Below, one piece after another: positions 39,944-52,379 of a DNA stretch of 64,000 bases. This DNA is from Podarcis melisellensis (Eukaryota). Position numbers and translations under genes: made by a program. The notes below the pieces were generated by a model. The model made no database searches. It was not told where the DNA came from and was given only the letters and a program-made list of their open reading frames with translations. Each line of letters starts with the position of its first letter. Positions within the stretch are counted from its first letter, which is position 1. Location: NCBI GenBank assembly GCA_964234715.1, contig OZ174284.1. One strand, given 5' to 3'.

Positions 39944-39944
<1 letters not shown>

Positions 39945-40024
<80 letters not shown>
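39945..40024. repeat. Compound microsatellite (GT)n(GA)n
   Basis: Read directly. Confidence 0.95.
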
Positions 40025-40028
<4 letters not shown>

Positions 40029-41986
40029 CTGCCTGGCTTCCCTGCTTATTTCAACCGTGTTACTCTGTTTCTTTCCCCCTCTGCCATGTTGTTACCACTA
40101 TCTACTCTCTCCCACCTCTTCATGCTGTGAGGGTATTGCAAATACCTGTCCAAGCCCAGGACAAGGCCTCTATAATGCTGCTTCATTTGTCATAATGAAG
40201 CCAGTAAGCCAGACGCTCTTTAAAGCATATGCATACGCAGTTACTATAACAGTCCAGCTCTGTTCAGCTCTGCCCCCATGGCAGTGGGAATGCACCTCTC
40301 TTCTGGAGGCCATTGTTATTCCTCACAGACAACCAGCTTGAGTGCTGAGTTGCAAGGCTCACCCACATAGAATGAGTTTTTCATCTCAAGATAGTTATTT
40401 TTTTACCAGTATCCTCATATTGAAGTCACTCTTACCACAATATTGTTGTATTTGCATATATTGGTATGTTTTTAGTTCTTGTGGATGTGGGTGTGGAGAT
40501 AATGCTAGCCTGTTGTCCACATTTTGTAGACAGTGAAAGCTAGATGCTAACACTCAATGAGTTCTTCCAAAAGACACACAAAAATGGTAATCTAAAAATA
40601 GGGCAGAGGTATCTATTTACACCACAGGGAGCGTGTTGAAAATTAGCATTGAACATTCATTCTCTGATTACTATTTCATTGTGTCTTGTCATGTTTGAAT
40701 TGGGGCATGAACATTTATTTAGCTGTAAGTGCATTCAATAGACAATCCTATATGAACAGATTTAGCTTTATGAATTGAGATTTCCCTTAATAGGTGGTTC
40801 AGTTAGGATGGCTTTCACAGGGATTATTCACAGAATAATGGAGATATCTTCAGTGTACAGGAACTATGCCATCATTAGTATCTTTATCATTACAGAATGG
40901 GAATGCACACTTTATAAACTATTGGTGAGTTAGGTCGTTTGCTGAAGTCCTGTCTCTTATTGGTCTTTATTGGTCTTTCTTTCTCCCTTACCTATTCACG
41001 AATATTTTGTGAGTTTGAACAAGTTCTGCCCACCGTATTTTGCTTACATGCAAGACAGTACATGTGTAAGTTGGAATTGTGTCACTTTGACCTTGTTTCA
41101 TCCGTGCCACTTCTTTCTCACCATTTAGAAATCATTTGCACACAGCATTGTTTGTTTTTTCCTTTGTTTTTAAGCATTGCTTGAAATCCTTGTGTTTGCT
41201 TCTAGCCAGGTGACTGTGAATGGGCTTTGTTGATACTTTATGAAGTGAATGTTTTAACAGAGCAGATTTTATTTATTTATAAGATTTGTTATTACTGCAG
41301 GCAATCCAGGGCAAGGCACAAAACAATACTATAATATCAACCCATTTGAGCTATCAGGAGAACTGCCTATAGAACTGCCTAATACCTGAAGGGTAGTGCA
41401 CAAAATGCTGTGTCATTTAGAATGGTTTGGCTATGTGCCTTCTTCCTGGTGCAGTGAAGGCCCCTGAAAGCAATACATAAAGGCTATCCTGGTCACACAG
41501 AGATGGAATGTCTCCACCTGTTTCTTTCTGAGCTGGTTGCTCCAGTAGTTCTCCAACATTTCTGAGGCATGAAGATGAACTGTGAATGAATCTAGTGATC
41601 TGCATTGTCTCCAGGAATTAGAAGAGAGCAGAGCACAAAGGACCAGTGTTGTGTGTCTTGTTGCCTGTCTCTGAGTTTCTGCTTTAGTGCTCTGGCTTGT
41701 TTCCAGGTAAGGGCAGGCCTCACGTATACGAAAGCCTGAGGCAGGAGTCTCCCAGCTCTTTCTAAAGAAACCTATAATGGATTATGAATGCCAATCATTT
41801 GCTATTAATATTTTTGTGACTATCTCTTTTCAGTTAATTGTCTCATGTCCATTTACACTTTACCTATTCACCTGGGTCTTTTTTGATATCAGAAAAATAT
41901 GCCGACTTCGTAAATAAGTTGGGGGAGGTGGCTCCTTTTGAGTTATAGGTGTCCTAGATCTGTGACTGCCAGTAGAGAATGGGTTA

Positions 41987-42346
41987 AAAGGTAAAGGACC
42001 CCTGACAGTTAAGTCCAGTCGCGAACGACTCTGGGGTTGCGATGCTCATCTCGCTTTACTGGCCGAGGGAGCTGACATTTGTCCGCAGACAGTTTTTCCT
42101 GTTCATGTGGGCAGCATGACTAAGCTGCTTCTGGCAAAGCCAGAGCAGCGCACAGAAATGCCATTTACCTTCCCGCCGGAGCGGTCCCTATTTATCTACT
42201 TGCACTTTGATGTGCTTTCGAACTGCTAGGTTGGCAGGAGCTGGGACTGAGCAACGGGAGCTCACCCCATCATGAGGATTCGAACCGCCGACCTTCCGAT
42301 CGGCAAGCCCTAGGCTCAGTGGTTTAGACCATAGTGCCACCCACGT
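41987..42346 (-). mobile_element. Sauria SINE, near full length
   Basis: Homologous to the other copies; tail aaaggtaaagg; B box ggattcgaacc. Confidence 0.9.
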
Positions 42347-45300
42347 ACATTGGTTATTTTCTCCTGTTGATTCATCAAAATAGTGAAATTAGTTTTGATG
42401 TTCTTCCATAAGCAGTGGAGGGTAGTTCCAATGTCAGTTAACTTGTAACAGGGCAGTATATGCAAGAACAGCTATGTTTCTAATTATGAGACTTCAACTT
42501 ATACATTTTGGAATTCTCTGGCTTCCCACTTCTAGGAAGTTAAATCACTGGATCCTAGTTTCATATCCTGGTTAGTAAACAAATTAAGCCAGTTTTCTGA
42601 CTTATATCTAATGGAAAACCTTGGATTTAAAAATCCACCATAGAAGTGTTGAAGCCAGCATGTAAGGGGATGGGAGAAGTAAGTGAGTATGATAACTTCT
42701 TCTTGGCTAAGATTATTACTTTCAAAAGAGCCTTTTACTTACAACTCTGCTTCAACATATTTTATAATTTTTAAAAGGATTTCTATGCTGTCCAAATAAA
42801 TCCAGGGCATTGTGCATCATTTGCCAGTTATAATACAGTATGTCATATGGGCTGATGTTGGTTTTTATTTTTACTTAACTATTTGTATGTAGTATATTTC
42901 CACCTTGATTTTCTTGGTAAAAGAGAAATAGTGCATAAAATTGGAAATAAAATGGCTGGTATATTTGGGGAGGGTGGTTGGAAGGGCGGGTGCTGTTACT
43001 TTTGAATGCATGTGAAGGTTGGGATGGGGATTCTTACATGCTTTAGCAATATAGATTCAAAGGTTAAATTCGTCTAGAACAGAAGTGTGTGAGTTTGTGT
43101 ATTTGGCATTACTAAGTCTAGAGTTTATTTGTCTGCAGGCTAGGGGAAATTAAGGGGTTACCATACCTTCAGTGCCACAGCACTTGTGGCCTGTTACACC
43201 CAGAAGCATTTGTCTGACTGCAAAGCTTATCAGTGATGATACAGCATTGAGAATATGCTTGTCGGTAATACTTGCTAGACCAAACCTCCAGGATCTGCAT
43301 GCCTTCATCTGCACTAAAGGTTGTGCCCTCCTGGAACTCATTCCCGGTCCTGCTTCCTTCTGGAAGAAGAGTAGGTTCAAGGGCCAAAAGAACAATAAAT
43401 GCTGCTGGACTCAGTACTGGAGAATTGTGTTTGCTTCTCTTCCTGTCCACATGATAGCAGAGGCAGATTTTGCAGTGGCAGGGCTATGTGTTCTCATGGA
43501 TCAGCCAGATGTGTTCTCGTTAGTACCCAATTTTTCAGATTTCCCAGTATCTGTCATGAAAATTTGTAACACACAGGATTTCTCCCAATTCTATTTGCCT
43601 TGTCCCAGCCGTTCCTTTCTGCCTCTCCAAGGATCAGTAAACAGTAATAATGCTTTTTACTGCCACAAGACTTCATGCCATTAAAAAGAAAATTACCCCA
43701 CCCCAAATATCAAGATTGGACAGCAGAACCAAAGTGGATGGATAAGGGCAAGCAGAGAGTTAAAAACTAAGGCAAAGTTTTACGACTGGAAAAAAAGGAT
43801 TCCTTTAAAGGAATTAAAATGCTTTCCATGTTGAAGAAATTTATTTATTTATTAAATTTCTACACCACTTTATATTTTTAAGAAAAATCTCAAAGCCGTT
43901 TACAGCATATTAAATCAATAAAACAAAAATAAAACAGTCTGAAGAAAATCAAATATAGAGTATACAGTCAAAGCAACATAACAGAAAACTAAAATACTAT
44001 CTTAAAGCTTTCAAAATAAAACATTACAAAGGAGGTCAACTACAGAATACATATTTAACATAGTAGGGCTGGGTGAGTCTGGGCCCCACCTCCTAGGCCA
44101 GGTGGAATGGGCCTTGCAGGGAGTGGCCTTCACACCTCACAGTTAAGTTTTTAAGTTAGTTTTAAAAATCTACCTTAGTAAAGTCCTCTTTCTTTGCTTA
44201 AGCTGTTCAAATGCAAGATACATGTATGCCTCCTGTAGAAGTAAAAGTCAGTGGTCCAAAATAGCTTACAGTATCTGAAAGATAGATGGTTGGTAGCCAG
44301 TGTACTCAGGAATAAGACCCACAATTAAGAAGCAAGGAGATATAAGGGAATCTGATTCAACCTGAAAATTCAGTTGAATTTCCCAGGTCCGATCCATAAT
44401 AGAGAAAAGTGGTCTGATAGATAGAAAGGCTAAACAGCCCCTCCCCCTCTTTTTGGGAATAGGGCTCATTCATATTTGATATATCAATACAACAACAAGC
44501 ATGGAAGAGTCAATTTGAAAAGTCAGCATCACTCTTAAAATCCCCACTGCTTGTGCAAAGGACTCGCACTCTAGCTAAGCCCCTTTTAAGTGTGCACAGT
44601 TACTTGGATGTATCACTGAACCTTATGGGGCTTACTGAAGCACAAACATTCATAGGAAGGCCTCCTAATTTAAGATGCAGGAAAGATACAATAATAGTTC
44701 ACATTCTGTGGACAATCTGAAAGGAACTTCACCTAAAGCATTTGCAGAATGTTTAAGGCTGAGTATAACACTCTTAACTAGCAGAATGGAGTGAGTCTGA
44801 AACTTGTCATAGAGTGACTAATAATGGTCTACAAAGGAAATTAAATACATACACATGCCATTGCACAAGCTGCTTAAAGTGACATTTGTGCCTCCAGTAA
44901 AATAAAACCGATAAATTTCAGCTGACCTTACCTCTAAATCCAGACAATGCTGGCTACTTTAGTTAAAGCATCTCCTTAGTGTGCACTCATGGTCGCCAAT
45001 AATCTATCATTAGATAGTAATTCTGAGTTTTTTTTTAATGGTTGCTATCTGGTGGTTGTGCAGGGCCATACAAAGTATGGTGAGATGAAGCCCCTTTCAG
45101 TGGCTGCACTGTTATCCGGCTATAGCAGAGATTCACCCTCTGATTAAATTAGCCACACATTGTATCTTCCAACAGCCATATATCCCAGCACTACATGTAA
45201 TGAATTCTGACATGGACACTTAAACAGAAGGGAATGGGCTACAATTTTTCATTTCATATAATCACTGCAGAATTGCTTGCTTTTCACGACCTTAAAAGGG

Positions 45301-45494
45301 TTTTTTTGTTTAAGGAAAAAAGAATTATAAATGCTACACTTTCATAAACAGTTCTACCAAGTTTTAAAGTTCTTGGAAGTGTTTCTGCTACAACATTTCC
45401 TTGGGCTGTGGACTTAAATTTTGCCAACAAGTTAATAAAAAAATGTTTCGCACATGCACCTTTTTCTAATGGCAGTGCTTTTCTCCTGTTCCAG

Positions 45495-45512
45495 GTTAAG
45501 CTGTTGAGATAA
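45495..45512 (+). CDS. TCF20: TCF20 short-isoform C-terminus VKLLR* at the start of the terminal exon
   Basis: Acceptor ttctcctgttccag| then GTT AAG CTG TTG AGA TAA. In frame if joined to 36615; resembles the human short-isoform ending VRLWR* (recalled). Confidence 0.82.
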   Translation, partial: VKLLR

Positions 45513-46775
45513 GAAAGCGGTGGACATTCATGATTGGATGGATTCTTTCCCACTGTGCAGTCATGCCCCTCTCTTGATGTGCCTGCCAATGCCAGCACTT
45601 CCTTCATCAACTCTTTCATCACACTTGACCGACAACATCACAGAATATGATCAAGGAGTCTGAACCAGCTGTTTTCATGGACACAATCTCCATAGTGACT
45701 ATGGGATGGGGAGGGAAAAGAAAAGAAAGTGGGGGAATTAAAGAGGGAGGGATAAAATATATATATAGATTATATATATAAAGATCTATTTTTAGTCTTG
45801 ATAGACTTGTTTTAAATGAAAGGTGCGCTATCCCTTTTTATGCATTAAATTGAATTTTTAGGACCCATATATGTTCCAAGTTGCTTATGAACAAGTATAA
45901 GTAAAATTCAAACAAGGCCTTTGCAAATGGAACTCAACTTGTTTCAAAAGGAGTTATGAGCTTGCTTAATCAAACTTGTCTCTTTACTCCCAACTTCCAC
46001 AACAGATAACCCAGGTTTTAAAGAATATGAATTTCCCCCCCTGTATGTTGGTGAAATTGTCCGTAGGGGTGGGAGGTGGGAATGAATGGTTGCAGGGAAT
46101 GGGATGTTTGTATTTGTGTATGTGTGAAAAGGGGATTTTTTTTCTTTTTAAGAAACGCTATTTATTTTTATTAAGAAAGGAAGCACCAGAAGACTCCTAT
46201 GTCATGTGACTTGTGAAATAAGAGTGGCTTCTATTAGCTTCATATACAGATATTCTGACCTTATTATACGTTACTCTGTACCAAAAGGTGGGGGATTTGC
46301 GCCATTCTTGGCATTGACAAATACTCCCAAATCATTCCAAGGAGCTGCTGCCTTTTTGGGGGGGTAGTCTGGAGGAGGATGTTGGCTTGCCTGCTAGAAA
46401 GGGGCATTCAACAGGAAGTCTGAATGTTGACATAATCAGTGTGTGTTAAGCTGACCAGGAAAATCCAATTAACCCTTCTCTTCTCTGTCTTTTGTTTCCC
46501 AAAGGAAGGAAGGGAGAATGTCTATTTAGCAGCCTACACCACATGGTTACTTTTAGTTTGTTTGTACATTGTGTAATTTTTAAACATTTGAGTTTTTTAA
46601 AAAACAAAACTTTTTCTCTTGTTAAGGCCTTAAGAAGGGGTTAGTGCATCTTTCAGTGGTCACTCTGCCATGGGAATAAAATAGCTGTTTCACAAACAGT
46701 TTTATATAAAAAACTAAAACAAAACAAAAAAACCCCACAAAAAAACCTAATAAACTTCATTTTAACCTTGTTTCT
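45513..46775 (+). other. TCF20: TCF20 3' UTR (terminal exon); 3' end approximate
   Basis: Follows the terminal acceptor, has no recognisable transposon, is AU-rich, and ends at tandem AATAAA signals followed by U/GU-rich sequence. Confidence 0.75.
46675..46754 (+). terminator. Two polyadenylation signals AATAAA (46675-46680, 46749-46754)
   Basis: Canonical hexamers. The second is followed by the GU/U-rich tract ttgtttcttctgtggaatgtaatgtatttt. Confidence 0.7.
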
Positions 46776-47340
46776 TCTGTGGAATGTAATGTATTTTGCT
46801 CTTCCTGTCAGTTGCAGTTTTTTCTGTGATTGCTGTTTGGGTCATTTGCACACCAACTAAACTCTTAGATTTAAGATATCTCCATAGCCACCTTGAATGG
46901 TCCAGAGAAACTATTCACACTCATATACAGCAAGCTTTCTGAGGGTGTTTTATCTATCAGAAGCCACTACCAACATTGTTCCTGTATTTTTACAACACTC
47001 ATACCCCTGGAATTACACATTTCATCAGGCTTTGGATATAGTCCATTGGGATTGATATTAAAGGTACATGAGCTCACAAATGCCATCTGATTCCTCTGAG
47101 ACACGCTGTTTAGCTTAGAAGACATCCTGTTGCTGACCACTGGGATATTTGCAATTGTTACAAGTACTCGTGAGCTCTGCACTTAGATTCCACAATGAAA
47201 ACTTAGCAATTCGGAGTCTACAAGAAAAATCTTCCTCTGTATCCTGATTATCACCACTACTGCATCTGCTCCCTTTGCTTCTTCTCACCAATTCCAGCAC
47301 CTATTTACTGCCATAGTATTGGCCTTTGTTCTAGTTATGG

Positions 47341-47454
47341 CAGTGATGGCCAAACTTGGCCCTCCAGCTGTTTTGGGACTACAACTCCCATCATCCCTAG
47401 CTGACAGGACCAGTGGTCAGGGATGATGGGAATTGTAGTCCCAAAACAGCTGGA
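47341..47454. mobile_element. Palindromic hAT MITE (gggactacaactcccatc family), right end missing
   Basis: Left terminus CAGTGATGGCCAAAC; ~36-bp near-perfect inverted arms at 47363-47454. Decayed relatives at ~21573-21680 and ~28285-28365. Confidence 0.8.
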
Positions 47455-48604
47455 TGCTGTCTACATACTGTTTAGACTCTCAATACTTACTCCTACCATG
47501 ATGCCCCTTAATCTAAGAAAGTTCACTGCCATTCATTCCTGCTTGGATTATTTCCAGTTTCTGCTCTGGCACTACGGCTGTTAGGTAGGTAAAGCCAACT
47601 CATTCACTATTACATTTGTTTATCCAATATGAACTGTTAATGTGTTTACCATTCATACACTGTAATTCCCACAATGCTACTGCTGTTCTGCAAGCTGGGA
47701 TTTTCTGAGGCTGGGGAATGAAGATAAAATGTCTGAAATCCTAGCGTAGTAATCCTGAGCCAAGTTCTCAACAGAAAACCTTTGTAGACGATACCAAGCG
47801 TAGTGCAGCATAGTTAAATCTGCCGTGCCCAAGGTTCAACAAGCCCCTCCTCTTATAAATCATTCTGTATTCAGAGATGGCTCCAGTCTTACACTTAAGC
47901 AAGTCTTCAAGGATTCCTAGGATAAACCACTCTATAATTTGCATCCTGCAAACTGGAAAGATATAGAAGGATGTGATTGGTGGTAAAGCATATGCACCAT
48001 GAAAGGAACAGCCTCACTCAGCTCTTGACAAATGGCAGAAAACTCAATATGGCAGAAGAAAGTTACACTTCAGTTCTTATCCATCTGTCTTCTAATTGCC
48101 AGGTGTATTTGCATTGCATTACTACCTTCCATGAGAGAAAGCTTCCTGCATCTTTGATCTGTTACACTTTGCAGGCAGGACTGACTACAATTCTTTTATC
48201 CTCCCAAGAGCAGGCTGCACATTTCTTCTTTAGCATTCCAAATCCGCTATGATTGTGTAATCTGAATTTCCTGGTGTGCTGCTGAAACCCAACTGCAAAA
48301 TACAGAGTCTGCAAACACCTGAAGTATCCCTAGTCTCAAGTGCAAACCTCCACTCTTGTGCCTCTAGAGTTCTGTGGACTTCTGTGTGTAGCCTGGAAGA
48401 CCATAACAGTCCTGCTAGATGAGACCAAAAGTATTCTGTTCTCAACGAGATGGGAGAAGACTTTGGACAGGTGCTCTCATTGCTTTGCTTCAGGGTTGAG
48501 CTTCTGAGCTTGTGCATCTGCCTGCATGCTTCCCCATCACTCATTGCTGGGTACTCATCTTGTGGGAGTGCAAGCTGGGTGGTGAAGGGAAGCAATGGCA
48601 GGTG

Positions 48605-48785
48605 CAGGGCAGGCCCAGTACATTTTAGTACCTGATGAAGATCCCAAAATGGCATGCCTCTCCAAGCCAGGGAAGATCTACATCAGGAACGGAGGGGGGG
48701 GGGTCAACATCAGGAACTGCTGCCCCAGTGGACCATGCCGCCTGAGGCGGTTTCCTCGCCTTGCATCATGGTTGAGCCAGCCCTG
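48605..48785. mobile_element. hAT-like MITE
   Basis: TIR CAGGGCAGGCCC / GAGCCAGCCCTG; 8-bp TSD GGCAGGTG / GGCAGATG. Confidence 0.75.
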
Positions 48786-49599
48786 GGCAGATGCTTTGGA
48801 GGCTGCAAACAGACCACAAGAACGAATAACAATTTGGAAGGAGGAGGAAGAGAAGACGGGGAGTGCTTGATGGGGGAGTGGGGAGGAGATGGGTGCTTGT
48901 GTGTGTGTGTAAAATGGGGTGGGGTCCCTGTGTGTATGATAGAATAAAACAGAAAGAAGAGGGGAGGAGAGAAAACGGGTGTCCCTGCCTACCACCTGAC
49001 TTGAAAACGGTCTTTGTCTAACCTTATCCTCGAAGTTGTTGAAACGCTTGTGTGGGACCTTGAACTTCTCCACAGAACAGTGGAATAAAAATTGAAAAAA
49101 TAAATGCCGCTGCCTTTATTGCAGCAACGATACTCAGGAGGGTGAATAAGATGGTGGTAGAATAAAAATGAGCAAACAGGTGGGACCTCATGGGACAGAT
49201 TAGGTTTATACTCAGTTGTAAACTTGATTTGAGAAGTTATGAGAATGCTGAACAGGTGGGGAGTGTAGCAAAATGCTTGGCCAGAAATTTGATTGTGAAA
49301 GAGTCCCATCTGCTGCAGATAACTTGGTTACAAAATTAATTGAGGGTGTTCATCAGAATTTTAGGAAGCACGGGCTGCAATCCCATATATATTTACTAGG
49401 AGGTAATTTCCATTGAACTCACCAGAAATTTTTGCTGAGTAAACAATCTAGAATGTGAACACAAAAGAAAAACCCAGTATAATCTATTTGGGGCTTACCT
49501 TTTGAGGTAATCATGGTTTATGGATTATTTTGTACAGAAGACTGATTCCAACCATACTCTTCTATAATGGGATTTCCTCCCAGGTAAATGGGATTAGGA

Positions 49600-49666
49600 G
49601 TACATTATGGTGGTATGGGAAACTGTCGTGTGACGGGCCAATGGCCGTAATAAAGATCAATCAATC
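49600..49666 (+). mobile_element. Extremely 5'-truncated LINE 3' end (67 bp)
   Basis: ggccaatggccgtAATAAAg(atca)n tail flanked by a perfect 13-bp TSD AATGGGATTAGGA (49587-49599, 49667-49679). Confidence 0.8.
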
Positions 49667-50198
49667 AATGGGATTAGGATTGCAACTTTAGCAAAGGGAG
49701 CAAAAGCCAGCTAGAATAATGATCCTCCTCCTCCTCTCAACTTTCCAATGTTTCTTGTGGGCAAACAAGCCTAAGGGAGAGGAGAGCAACCACAACTCCC
49801 ACCCCCCTTTCAGTTTCTGAAAGACCCTGTGGAGTCCTGGTGGGACTACAGGAGATCATAAACGACATCTTCCTCAAAATGCCTCCATGAGCAAATAACC
49901 TTGCAGAAGGGGACGTCTTAACTGGGCATGTCAGCCCTTTGCAGTGGGATCCTTACCATGCTTACTTAGCACAAAGTCCAGCTGAGTTGGGGTGGGGCTG
50001 GGGTGCTTACTTCCATGTAAGTTAGGTTGAGATTGCAGCTTTAGCAAGAGGAGCAAACACAGGATTAGAGCAGTGATCCACCACCTACCCACTGGCTGAC
50101 AGCAACAGAACAGAAAGGCTGGCTTGCTGTAACCTGCTCCCAACTTTGCAAAAGTCTTTTGGAGCAAACACCTATTTAACCACCACCACACAGAGAGA

Positions 50199-50430
50199 CT
50201 CCTGCCAACCTAGCAGTTTGAAAGCACATCAAAGTCCAAGTGGATAAATAGGTACCGCTCCGGCGGGAAGGTAAACGGCGTTTCCATGCGCTGCTCTGGT
50301 TCGCTAGAAGTGGCTTAGTCATGCTGGCCACATGTACGCCAGCTCCCTCGGCCAATAAAGCGAGATGAGTGCCGCAGCCCCAGAGTCGGCCACAACTGGA
50401 CCTAATGGTTAGGGGTCCCTTTACCTTTTT
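50199..50430 (+). mobile_element. 5'-truncated Sauria SINE
   Basis: 3' two-thirds of the family. Perfect 11-bp TSD ACACAGAGAGA (50188-50198, 50431-50441). Confidence 0.9.
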
Positions 50431-51619
50431 ACACAGAGAGAAGTTCTGTCCTCAACTTAGAAGGAAAAAGAGTGGCCAGTTCTGCCATCCAATTGTGTTT
50501 ACTGAGGTGGGTTCCACCTAGAAGAGACAGCAGAGACAGCCCAAACAGCTCCCAAATACAGCAACTGTGTCTTTCTAACTTTCATTCCAGGAACACTAGA
50601 GATATTAACTTAATGAAAGTTCACATACTGGGCCTCCTTGCAGGCACAAACCTGTTGCATCAATGGTAATCCTGCCTTGAATGGACTGGGAGAGGCAGCC
50701 TTGCCACAACAGGAGATTCCCCACCCTATCTTATTGTTATTGCTCCCAGCATTCTTCGTTGGTTTATCCACAACTTCAAATTTTTCTCCACAAGGTACAG
50801 TATTCCCCCACCCTTCTATCTTTAAATATGTTCCTATTACTCCATGTTTTGAAAAATCTACATGGGAGATGGGAGAGAGGAGAATAAACCTGGTGAGAAC
50901 TCAGGACTGAACACTATTCCCTGTAAATCGTGTCAAACCCGAGAATAACACTAGAGGGCATACACTGACTATTCGGTGTGTGTTTTGAAATTTTCTTGTT
51001 CCCACAAACAGTGCAAATGTTGCTTATGATTGCTTTGTTATATATTTCGCTCTGATCAGTACTTCATATGGCTAGATTTATTATGTTTTTATATATGCTG
51101 TAAGCTGCCCAGAGTGGCGGAGGAAACCCAGCCAGATGGGCAGGATATAAATAAAATAATAACAATTATTATTATTTTGCATATGTTGAGATTTCTTCTC
51201 TGACCCACAAGAGCAGAATGCTTACTAGTCTGAAGCCAGTGATAAAGGCAGCCATTTTGGGAGCCAGCCTCCTGTTTGGTTTTATTGCATTCTTCCTGTA
51301 TCAAAATACAATAAAAAGAGAGAGAGAGCAATAATTAAAGATATACAAGACATCAGAAACTTCCTGGATTTCATTTGTATTTGTTATTTTTTTGGCAAAT
51401 TCTGAAATTTATTATTGTTGTTGTTGTTGTATTATATTTCTATATAGATATAGATATAGTAACTTCTTTACATTAATCAGTTTCACATCTCATGCATGTC
51501 TTCTCTGTGCTGCCTAAATGTTTCTCCATATCATCCAGCCTTCAAAAAGAAGAGAAAACTGCAGCGGGGTATTCTTCTACCAGCTCCAATGAATATTATG
51601 TTACCTCCCGAAGTCAATA

Positions 51620-51881
51620 CAGTGGTACCTTGGGTTTAGTACTTAATTTGTTCTGGAGGTCCGTTCTTAACCTGAAACTGTTCTTAACCTGAAGACCACT
51701 TTAGCTAATGGGGCCTCCCGCTGCTGCCACGCCACCGGAGCCCGATTTCTGTTCTTATCTTATCCTGAAGCAAAGTTCTTAACCTGAAGCACTATTTCTG
51801 GGTTAGCGGAGTCTGTAACCTGAAGTGTATGTAACCTGAAGCGTATGTAACCTGAAGTGTATGTAACCCGAGGTACCACTG
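51620..51881. mobile_element. Tc1/mariner (Tigger/pogo-like) MITE with subterminal TAACCTGAAG repeats
   Basis: TA|CAGTGGTACCTTGGG ... CCCGAGGTACCACTG|TA; tandem GTAACCTGAAGYGTAT units near the right end. Confidence 0.85.
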
Positions 51882-51990
51882 TATTTGAAAGTCTGTCCTG
51901 TGAAAGGGACTAGAACAGGTCACAATTTCTGGTCTAACCAATGTAACTCTGAATAATTTATTAACACATAGATGGCTAGTACTGTATATA

Positions 51991-52249
51991 CCGTATTTTT
52001 CGCTCTATAAGACGCACCAGTCCACAAGACGCACCTAGTTTTTGGAGGAGGAAAACAAGAAAAAAAATATTCTGAATCTCAGAAGCCAGAACAGCAAGAG
52101 GGATCGCTGCACAGTGAAAGCAGCAATCCCTCTTGCTGTTCTGGCTTCTGGGATAGCTGCACAACCTGCATTCGCTCCATAAGACGCACACACATTTCCC
52201 CTTACTTTTTAGGAGGGAAAAAGTGAGTCTTATAGAGCAAAAAATACGG
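51991..52249. mobile_element. Tc2/pogo-type MITE with internal 31-bp hairpin
   Basis: TA|CCGTATTTTTCGCTCTATAAGAC ... GTCTTATAGAGCAAAAAATACGG|TA. Confidence 0.87.
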
Positions 52250-52379
52250 TATATTAAATCATTCAGTAGTGCTTGAGTGTGCACTCTTCATTAGGCATCA
52301 CAGCAGTCATACAAACTGTACAGCAATCTGTTTTGCAGCACCGCTGGTCACTTTTATGGGGAGGCTAATGCTTCCTTTT

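Noticed and set aside
39945-40341. ORFs with ERER/CVCV runs, and similarly the poly-L/E ORFs at 56526-56808
   Set aside because: Microsatellite translation artefacts.
43172-43684. 170-aa ORF in the last TCF20 intron
   Set aside because: GTG start, no recognisable motif, no supported splice structure.
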